Shown here piece by piece: positions 57,221 to 64,000 of a DNA stretch of 64,000 nucleotides. Both the position numbers and the translations under genes were made by a program. The stretch is taken from IMG/VR virus record IMGVR_UViG_3300022305_000561. One strand, written 5' to 3'. The DNA is from a virus. Its lineage: Duplodnaviria; Caudoviricetes. Each line of letters starts with the position of its first letter. Positions within the stretch are counted from its first letter, which is position 1. The notes beneath the pieces are model-generated. The model was not told where the DNA came from. It saw only the letters and a program-made list of their open reading frames with translations, and made no database searches.

Positions 57221-57835
57221 TCATTTTACTGTTTTTATAGACCCATCTGAATTGGCCAAGTAGGCTTCAAACTTGATATCAGGAAACGCTGTTTTCAGTT
57301 TCAGGAACTCTTTAAGGTTGCTGATAGCATCATCAAATAGCCTCACTTTACTATATTTGCCAGTCTTTAGGTAGTTGTGTATGATTACATACTTTTTAAT
57401 GGCAGGGGCAGAAATATCTTCAATATTGCCTGCGCGTTCTACTCTAACCTTGTCAATATCAAAGTTGTGCTTCCTGAAGGTATCAAGGAATTGTTCTTTG
57501 TGATCAAAGTTGGCTCGGGCAGTAATGATTATCACTTTGCTATTGGGGTTCTTACTTGAATTTGCAAGGATAATTCTAGCCTTATCCATCATCCTAGCGA
57601 TAGGTTTAGATTCGTGATAGAATTTTGCAGCATCCCTGAACTCTGAGAAGTCATAAGATTCCCCAGTTTTCAATTTATGGGTATTGTATTCTTGATTACT
57701 AAGTTTCAAGATTGGTTTACCGTCTTTCAAAACAGCTATTTGAGCTGTGGTATGAAAGAGGGTATCGTCAATGTCAAAGATTGTGAGTGAGCCAGAGGCT
57801 AGTTCTTCTTGTAAGTATTCTTTAAACGTATTCAT
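57221..57835 (-). CDS. HAD-superfamily phosphatase with a capsid-targeting-like N-terminus
   Basis: FDIDDTL, IITAR, K, LFDD...N; begins MNTFKEYLQEE. Confidence 0.8.
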   Translation of the reverse strand: MNTFKEYLQEELASGSLTIFDIDDTLFHTTAQIAVLKDGKPILKLSNQEYNTHKLKTGESYDFSEFRDAAKFYHESKPIARMMDKARIILANSSKNPNSKVIIITARANFDHKEQFLDTFRKHNFDIDKVRVERAGNIEDISAPAIKKYVIIHNYLKTGKYSKVRLFDDAISNLKEFLKLKTAFPDIKFEAYLANSDGSIKTVK

Positions 57836-57890
57836 ATGTTCCTTTATTTAATACGGTTATTATACTTGTATTTATTTTAAAAATAAAGCT

Positions 57891-58379
57891 TTATTTTGCG
57901 TATTCCCAAGGTCGCCACTTGACTACTGTGAACTCATTGTATTCAATCTCTTCAACGATTTGGAACTTGTAACCATTTTTTCGGTTCATTACAGGTAGAT
58001 AAACATCACCTTCTGCTGGAAAGTTTAAGGTAGACACAATGCTATAATCCGCATAATCCAAAAATAATTCGTATATTTCTCTTCCCCCACATACCATATA
58101 CTCCTTCTCAGGATTCTTCTCATATTCGTATAGGAAGTTATCCATACTCATAGTTTCAAATCCCTCTAAGGTATAATGCTTGTTCCTTGAAAGAACAATA
58201 GCATCACGACCTGGAAGTTTACCAACAGATTCAGCAGTAGTTCTACCCATAATCAATGTCTTGCCCATTGTCTCTGATTTGAAGAACTTTAGTTCCTCAG
58301 AACAATGCCAAGGCATCTTATTCGTTTTGGAATCACCAATAACGCCATTGGATGATACTGCTGCAACCATTGTTATCAT
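57891..58379 (-). CDS. frd: Dihydrofolate reductase
   Basis: AAVS.NGVIG....MPW, FK..T.G..IMGR.T, LPGR, GG..IY. Confidence 0.93.
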   Translation of the reverse strand: MITMVAAVSSNGVIGDSKTNKMPWHCSEELKFFKSETMGKTLIMGRTTAESVGKLPGRDAIVLSRNKHYTLEGFETMSMDNFLYEYEKNPEKEYMVCGGREIYELFLDYADYSIVSTLNFPAEGDVYLPVMNRKNGYKFQIVEEIEYNEFTVVKWRPWEYAK

Positions 58380-58454
58380 AGTTTACCTTGAAGTTTAATT
58401 ATATTATGATTTATATATTATGTCTCTACCAACCCAATCACCATTACCTTGGGC

Positions 58455-59435
58455 TTAAACTGATATTGGAGCCTTTATGGAGGGAAAGAATTGATATCCC
58501 TCCATTTCAAATGAATCCACAGTAAAATCATCTATGGATTCATATTTCTTATTGATATCTAATGTTGGTAAGTTAAACAACCAAAGATTCCTACCTAATA
58601 ATTCCTCTGCTTGCTCAATATGGTTTTTGTATAGATGAGCATCACCAAATGAGATATGCAGTTTATCTGGAATCATATCAACTACATTAGCAATCATATA
58701 TGTCAACAAGGCATAAGAAGCAATGTTGAATGGAACACCCAAGAAGGTATCCGCTGACCTCTGATATAGATGACAGGACAATGCGTACTTTGGAGTATTC
58801 ATATCATCCATGATTTTTGTGTATTCTTCTTCATATAATATGGTTGGGTAGATAGAACTACATCTTACCGATCGTTCCTGAAAGGTGAGTTTCCGTACAC
58901 CAAATTGAAAGAATGCATGGCAAGGCGCTAAAGCCATTGAAAAATTACAAACATTATCTTGTGGGGACAGAGTTTCATCAGGCAAGTCTGCAACATTCCA
59001 AGCGGATACGATATGTCTACGACTGAACGGTCTTTCTCTAAGTCCAGTGATTAAAGCAGAAATCTGATCAACATTAGATTCGCCATCACACCAATTTCTC
59101 CACTGGTGACCATAGATTGGACCAAGTTCACCATCTTCACCAGCCCATTCTTCCCAGATAGTTGGTTTATCATTACCATTCAGTTTGCGCAACTCTTCGT
59201 TATTGGTTGATCCAGATAGAAACCATAACAACTCAGCAGCAACCAATCTAAACGAAGTGAACTTTCCTGGCAGTAATGGGAACCCTTTCTTTAAGTCAAA
59301 CTCAAGATGTTTGCCAAATAGACTTAATGTGCCTGTACCAGTTCTATCATCAGAATCATTGCCATCTGCTAGGATTTCTTCAAGAAGATCGTAGTAACAA
59401 TCCATTGGTCTGTTAAGTGGTTCTATGTCATTCAA
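58455..59435 (-). CDS. td: Thymidylate synthase ThyA
   Basis: DRTGTGT, ELLWFLSG, LGPIYG.QWR, MALAPCH, YQRSAD.FLGVPFN; no intron. Confidence 0.96.
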   Translation of the reverse strand: MNDIEPLNRPMDCYYDLLEEILADGNDSDDRTGTGTLSLFGKHLEFDLKKGFPLLPGKFTSFRLVAAELLWFLSGSTNNEELRKLNGNDKPTIWEEWAGEDGELGPIYGHQWRNWCDGESNVDQISALITGLRERPFSRRHIVSAWNVADLPDETLSPQDNVCNFSMALAPCHAFFQFGVRKLTFQERSVRCSSIYPTILYEEEYTKIMDDMNTPKYALSCHLYQRSADTFLGVPFNIASYALLTYMIANVVDMIPDKLHISFGDAHLYKNHIEQAEELLGRNLWLFNLPTLDINKKYESIDDFTVDSFEMEGYQFFPSIKAPISV

Positions 59436-59436
59436 G

Positions 59437-59724
59437 TTAAAATACCTTCAATATTGATAGTGTCGCTGCAACAACGACCGCAAAATTCAAAGTTGTTGAA
59501 ATAATCAACAACGACCATAACTTACTATTTCTACTATTAGCATATTCTAAATCATTAGCAGTTCTCTGCCACCCCATAAAGTTACGTTTTTGATCTTCTT
59601 GATGTTCCTTAAGCTCTTCTTCTCTTTTCCTATTTACTTCTTGAAGTAGTTTTTTCAACTCAACTACAGTATCTCTACTTTTTATTTTTACGACATCAGC
59701 AGCCATCACCAAACCCCTATCCAA
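59437..59724 (-). CDS. Coiled-coil protein with C-terminal TM anchor
   Basis: ORF track. Confidence 0.55.
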   Translation of the reverse strand: MDRGLVMAADVVKIKSRDTVVELKKLLQEVNRKREEELKEHQEDQKRNFMGWQRTANDLEYANSRNSKLWSLLIISTTLNFAVVVAATLSILKVF

Positions 59725-59743
59725 ATACCGCCAATCAATTTAC

Positions 59744-60013
59744 TCATTTTGTCATTCCTATAAAAATTAAAAAAGATAATGATACAAACAGAGCCACTGA
59801 CAATCCAACTATAACATCATGAAGATGATCTATCTTTGAATTATTTCTAATCGATTGAGAATCTCTAGATCTCCAAGACTTCTCAACTAATTTGTTTGAG
59901 TCCAATACACTTTGGGTATACTCATCATATGTAATCCAATACCCATCCTTATCTTCTTCCATATCAACAGGACCATTTACGCAATTATATCTTTTCATTC
60001 TTCGCTTCCTCAA
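59744..60013 (-). CDS. Protein with C-terminal TM anchor
   Basis: MKRY...MEE..DG.W..Y motif followed by TM. Confidence 0.55.
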   Translation of the reverse strand: MRKRRMKRYNCVNGPVDMEEDKDGYWITYDEYTQSVLDSNKLVEKSWRSRDSQSIRNNSKIDHLHDVIVGLSVALFVSLSFLIFIGMTK

Positions 60014-60143
60014 TTAACGATTTCATAACCAATTCTTTCTGATTAACAGTCATGTTGCTCATGAACCGTATCTTACCTTTGCTATCTACCCAAGCAATTA
60101 ACATCTTAGAGTTCTTCTTAATATGTGGTTTCATTGTTTCCTG

Positions 60144-60559
60144 TTATGCAGTTAGTTGATATGGTTTGTCCCATTTACCGATTTTGATGTAATAATAATA
60201 TGCAGTGTCGAAGTAGTCGGTTTGAGCGTCAGTGTTGTTATAGTAACCAGCACTTCTTAGGGCAGCAAACGCTTCTTCAAAGAATGCTAACTCTTGACCT
60301 TGGTATGAATCAGTTATCCAACCATCTGTCAAGGTGAAGTTCTCTCTTACATAGAAAGTTTCATTTAGGTTCTTCCAACCATGATCTTCTTGGAGTTTCT
60401 TGTTGTAGATACCTACGAAGTCAAAGGCACTGCTTTTGATGTTCAGATTGATTGTACTCATGTTATCAACTGAAAGGGTTGCTTTCACATTATACTTCTT
60501 CAGGATTGGTTTCATCAGGTTGTTGATGATTGCTTTTTTTCTTGATTCATATAAGCCAT
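60144..60559 (-). CDS. Conserved phage early protein, frameshifted at A AAA AAG
   Basis: MAYMNQEKK in frame 0 joins AIINNLMKPILKKYNVK...D.QTDYF..AYY..I.IGKWDKPY in frame -1. Confidence 0.6.
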
Positions 60560-60660
60560 AATATATTCTCACTTTTCAATTGGTTTATTTAATTTATGAG
60601 TTATTATATAATGAATGAACCAAGAAGTAAAGGTTTATTTTCTAAACAATCGTTTTATTT

Positions 60661-61200
60661 TTACCCAACCGCTTTCTTTGGGCGACCTCTTGACTTCTTC
60701 TCTGATCCAGAGTCGGGTTGGCTCGACTCCAAAGGGACTTCAACATTCGTCACCTCACCAGCTCTGAACTCTGCCTCATCAATACCGTGTGGCCAAATAA
60801 AGAAACCAGCATCAACAATCTTATCTAATGTGATGTTGGGGTACATTTCAGTTAATGATTGATCTTTGATAGCAATAACAACTTTAGCCTCAGTTGGGTG
60901 TATACTTTCCAACAACTGAATGAACAGTTGTTCACGCTTTGATCTGGATAAATCCTGTCTAAGGAACCTTTCAAATGATCTAGTTTCATTCCATAAGTTA
61001 CCTGGAGTCATACCTTCTGGACCTGAATCTTCCTTGTAAGGAGGTGTTCCTTCAGGCAACGACCACTTACCCTTTGGGATAAAGCCATACCCAAATATCA
61101 TTTTCAAAGCATCGTTTGTTACATATTCTTTCAATAGGGTTAAGGTATCACCATCATTGATACGTTTCAGTACTTCAGGGATTAGTTCTTTTTTATTCAT
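60661..61200 (-). CDS. Conserved T4-like phage protein (DUF6433-like)
   Basis: W.LPEG.PPYK, KRE.LFIQLLE.IHP.EA......KD. Confidence 0.7.
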   Translation of the reverse strand: MNKKELIPEVLKRINDGDTLTLLKEYVTNDALKMIFGYGFIPKGKWSLPEGTPPYKEDSGPEGMTPGNLWNETRSFERFLRQDLSRSKREQLFIQLLESIHPTEAKVVIAIKDQSLTEMYPNITLDKIVDAGFFIWPHGIDEAEFRAGEVTNVEVPLESSQPDSGSEKKSRGRPKKAVG

Positions 61201-61239
61201 ATATTCACCTTTTTTTAGTTAATGTGCTAATTATGTATG

Positions 61240-62133
61240 TCAGAAATCTTCAATTGAATCCATTAACAAACGCATCTTGTTCTTAATCAAATAATTGAAG
61301 ATGTTATTCCTATTGAACTTAGGTCTCTCTTTTAGAAACTCTTCAAGGATACTGTTTGATATTTCTTCAGGTATCTTCTCAAAAGAAACTAGCATCTCGT
61401 TTCTATCATACCTAGATTTTTCTAAATCGTTTAAATTATCTCTATTAGAAAACCTCTCTATAACAGATTTAGTTACTGGAGTAGCTCTACCATACACTTC
61501 TTTATTGACAAAAAAATCATCAGGGCATAGTACAGAAGGCACACCATCACTCACATCCCCTCGTATTATATGTTCAACGATAAACTGGGGTATGCTTGGC
61601 GGAGTCTTAACATACTTCTTAGGTGTAGGAGAATACTGTCTAATGTTAGAATACTTATGCAACTGAGCAAAGTCTTTATCTGAACTGATAATAAGAGTAG
61701 GGCGAGCAATCTCTTCAATACCAAACTGATCGAAGTCATTATCCTGAGTCCACTTACTTAATACAGCAATGATATCATCAGCCTCACATCGTTCAACTCT
61801 TACTACTTTGTATGGGAAGAACTGTATCAGGTCTTCTCGTACCATATCCATACATTCAAAGATAGTCTCCCAGTCGACATCAGATGCTTCTCTGTTAGTC
61901 TTTCTACTAGCTTTATAGTATTCAAACTTATCTCGTCTCCAATAATTCCTATCATCAACTGCGATTACTACTTCGCCATACTCTTGATGAAACTTCTTCT
62001 TATGAGCAAGAATGCTTGATAATATAGTATGACGTATCAAATCCTTGTTCTGATCAAGAGTGTTGCTCTTGATCTCTTTGGAGAATACAATCGTAGATGA
62101 TATACAGATTTGGCTATAATCAATAACGATCAT
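61240..62133 (-). CDS. rnh: T4-type RNase H / 5'-3' flap nuclease
   Basis: MIVIDYSQ, YWRR..F..YKA.RK, EADDII, ISSDKDF.QL, GD.SDG.P. Confidence 0.93.
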   Translation of the reverse strand: MIVIDYSQICISSTIVFSKEIKSNTLDQNKDLIRHTILSSILAHKKKFHQEYGEVVIAVDDRNYWRRDKFEYYKASRKTNREASDVDWETIFECMDMVREDLIQFFPYKVVRVERCEADDIIAVLSKWTQDNDFDQFGIEEIARPTLIISSDKDFAQLHKYSNIRQYSPTPKKYVKTPPSIPQFIVEHIIRGDVSDGVPSVLCPDDFFVNKEVYGRATPVTKSVIERFSNRDNLNDLEKSRYDRNEMLVSFEKIPEEISNSILEEFLKERPKFNRNNIFNYLIKNKMRLLMDSIEDF

Positions 62134-63272
62134 TAGAATACCCTCAAGATAATCATATTCTCATTAGTTCGACCACTAGGAATACTTCTCTTTGAAGCCA
62201 TTCTAGTAAATTGTTCAAGTATCTGTTTCTTATTTAATACAGCTAAATCCTTAACAACCTCAGGCTTTCTGATAGTCTTAATACTCGATATATTAACGTC
62301 ATATCCAATTATAGCAGTTCCTTTAACAGATAAAGTATCTCCAACTACAGCCTTATAATAGGTCAGTTTACGCTTCACAGTATCGTATAACCAAGCCTCT
62401 TGAGAATCCACCAACTTAGTTGGAGCAATAGATTTGATATCTAACTCGGGAAATACAGGAAGATACTTTAGTTTAGTAACAATAACACTTGGAGCTTTAG
62501 GTTTAGTAACTCTAACCTTCTTGGAAGATACTACTTGTTGAGTACAAGAAGCAACAAAATCTTTGAGCAATTTTAAGAAGTTTTTGACTTGAACGGTCTT
62601 AATGTGAGAATAAGAATCCTTCAATTGCTCACAATTGCCAATCAACACTTCCTCAAGTTCTGAAATTTGACTTTTGAACATATCAGGAATAAGTTTAGCA
62701 GCTTGCCCACTGATAGTCTTGATAGATTTCTTGAATGTAAATGTCTTTGGATAACCTAATTTTACAAACTCGTCAATCTCTCCGTCAATCTCAGAGGCAA
62801 ATTCAGTTGCAATATTCTTAACCCTATCTTGAATTGATATTACGTTTCTAGATTTAGTCGATTCAATCTTTTCTTTAGGTATAACAGATAACTCATCTAA
62901 CGATTCAATGGTAGTCTTAATGAATGTTAACTCACTCTCCTCAAGATACTGGTTTCTTGATTGAAGTCTGGATAGAGTGCCAAGTTGTCTGAATGAACTA
63001 TCATCCTGAAGTTTGGATATCGAATTCTTCTTAAGTTTATTGGTAATAGCTTCCAATGCCCACTTCTTCTTATCAGCAGGTGAAGCGTATAGATTGTACC
63101 AATTTAGAGCTTGGATAAGGGATAATTTATAATTCAAAGGATTGATGATAGGCTCATCAGTACCCTTAAAGATTGCATCAACCTTTGCTCTCTTCTCTCT
63201 GATCTTATCGTTTACATCTTTCTTTGCTGTTATTCCCGAATTGCTTTTCTTCAATGCCGCCATAATATTCAC
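62133..63272 (-). CDS. Conserved T4-like phage protein
   Basis: ALNWYN, SIQDR, L.SI.P...V.....W.Y.T..RKL, KT.RKPE, GR.NE..I.LRV. Confidence 0.7.
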   Translation of the reverse strand: MNIMAALKKSNSGITAKKDVNDKIREKRAKVDAIFKGTDEPIINPLNYKLSLIQALNWYNLYASPADKKKWALEAITNKLKKNSISKLQDDSSFRQLGTLSRLQSRNQYLEESELTFIKTTIESLDELSVIPKEKIESTKSRNVISIQDRVKNIATEFASEIDGEIDEFVKLGYPKTFTFKKSIKTISGQAAKLIPDMFKSQISELEEVLIGNCEQLKDSYSHIKTVQVKNFLKLLKDFVASCTQQVVSSKKVRVTKPKAPSVIVTKLKYLPVFPELDIKSIAPTKLVDSQEAWLYDTVKRKLTYYKAVVGDTLSVKGTAIIGYDVNISSIKTIRKPEVVKDLAVLNKKQILEQFTRMASKRSIPSGRTNENMIILRVF

Positions 63273-63325
63273 CTGTTAATTAATTTATACGTTATTATAA
63301 CGTCATTGAAGTTAAAAGTCAAGCT

Positions 63326-63577
63326 TTAGTTTATTCCAACAACTGATTCATATAATAGAGCAAGTTCTTCTTGTTCAGATTCTACTTCAGAATAGTTTTG
63401 CTTATGGAAGATTTGAGCCATCTTGCGTAATAACTTCTTATCAAGGTCAAAATCTTCTGCAAGAGCTTCAATAGTCTCTTTAACCAACTCGCGTTCAGCA
63501 CTGATTCTTGTATATGAATCAGAGATTTCAGATAACATTTTCTTAATTTTTTGTTGGTCAGCTGGGTTGCTAATCAT
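63326..63577 (-). CDS. dsbA: Double-stranded DNA-binding protein (T4 DsbA family)
   Basis: EIS.S..RI.AE...IKE......E.F...K..L..MA...HKQN. Confidence 0.8.
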   Translation of the reverse strand: MISNPADQQKIKKMLSEISDSYTRISAERELVKETIEALAEDFDLDKKLLRKMAQIFHKQNYSEVESEQEELALLYESVVGIN

Positions 63578-63783
63578 TACACTTCCTCTTTTGATTGAAA
63601 TTCTTCAGATGTTTCATACTTCTGTTTTAATATAGATTTTTGTTCACGTTTGTAATCAGTCTTCAGTTTGACTACCTTACTACAGAACTTAGGATCAGCC
63701 AACTCAGCCTTGACCCAATCATGTGTATAATTCTCTTGTGTTTCCACTTCTTTTCCTCTTGTTAAAATATTATTCATCTTCAT
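63577..63783 (-). CDS. Hypothetical protein
   Basis: ORF track. Confidence 0.5.
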   Translation of the reverse strand: MKMNNILTRGKEVETQENYTHDWVKAELADPKFCSKVVKLKTDYKREQKSILKQKYETSEEFQSKEEV

Positions 63784-63916
63784 CATTACAATATGTGTTT
63801 ATGATATTTTCTACTGTTTCTTTAGATACCTTTAGGAACTCTGCTATTGCTTCATTTGGAACTCCAGACTCATATAAATCTCTGACTGATATTATTAATT
63901 CTGATATTTGTGACAT
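63770..63916 (-). CDS. Small HTH-like protein (48 aa)
   Basis: Manual translation ...DLYESGVPNEAIAEFLKVSKETVENII. Confidence 0.5.
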   Translation of the reverse strand: MSQISELIISVRDLYESGVPNEAIAEFLKVSKETVENIINTYCNDEDE

Positions 63917-64000
63917 TATTTTATATCCTTTGAGTTATCGGCAGTTTCTTTTGTGGTTTTATTTTTTTGTGTATTCCACCCAGTTAATCTTCCCCTAATA

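Larger units (their letters stand above)
29487..63322 (-). repeat. Family of about 16 sigma70-type early promoters, many with a shared leader (AACTCATAYTTTAAATAAA...GAGAATATATTATG)
   Basis: TTTACT/TTGACT (or 1-nt variants)-N16-18-TATAAT at 29487, 31709, 33034, 35982, 36853, 38946, 47556, 50618, 50941, 52738, 54304, 56854, 57179, 57859, 60603, 63294. Confidence 0.8.

Noticed and set aside
58455-59435. td intron as in T4
   Set aside because: The ThyA frame is continuous, with only a short in-frame insertion
29487-63322. Repeated intergenic units as a CRISPR array or attC integron
   Set aside because: Irregular spacing, and they match -35/-10 promoter architecture; no integrase in the window
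1-64000. Genome-wide stop-codon reassignment suggested by the in-frame TAG (6411) and TGA (48589)
   Set aside because: Conserved genes end properly at TAG (clpP, phoH) and TGA (gp4, rnh, csgF), and long genes are intact under code 11
1-64000. tRNA genes or a diversity-generating retroelement
   Set aside because: No cloverleaf or T-loop signature, reverse transcriptase or TR/VR pair noticed; tRNAscan-SE and a dot plot would be needed to exclude them fully

Overview
AT-rich 64 kb segment of a large T4-like myovirus that probably infects a Gram-negative host (sigma70-type early promoters, TATAAATA late promoters, an outer-membrane lipoprotein). 1-28.4 kb: tail fibre, baseplate and tail module (split DUF4815/VrlC-like protein, gp8, gp7, gp6, gp25, PAAR, split gp5, hub, gp53, gp48, gp4, gp2, gp54, gp16, gp26/gp51, tape-measure-like protein). 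28.5-38.9 kb: gp32, gp59, gp33, ClpP, SleB-like hydrolase, exonuclease, PhoH and three freestanding GIY-YIG-type endonuclease genes, some decayed. 39-46.3 kb: an envelope cassette (two small membrane paralogues, CsgF-like, CsgG, curlin-repeat protein, FecR-domain protein, holin) converging on an endolysin and a CHASE2 adenylate cyclase that is split by an endonuclease-leader remnant. 46.4-64 kb: early-promoter-driven small ORFs plus metallophosphoesterase, dCMP deaminase, HAD, DHFR, ThyA, RNase H and DsbA. Most notable observations: (1) the curli-FecR-CHASE2 cyclase cassette; (2) a likely programmed -1 frameshift joining gp26 and gp51 directly upstream of the tape-measure-like gene; (3) a covarying structured RNA leader shared by endonuclease genes, one copy of which splits the cyclase. 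No tRNA, rRNA or CRISPR array was seen. All family calls come from motif recognition by eye, not database searches.
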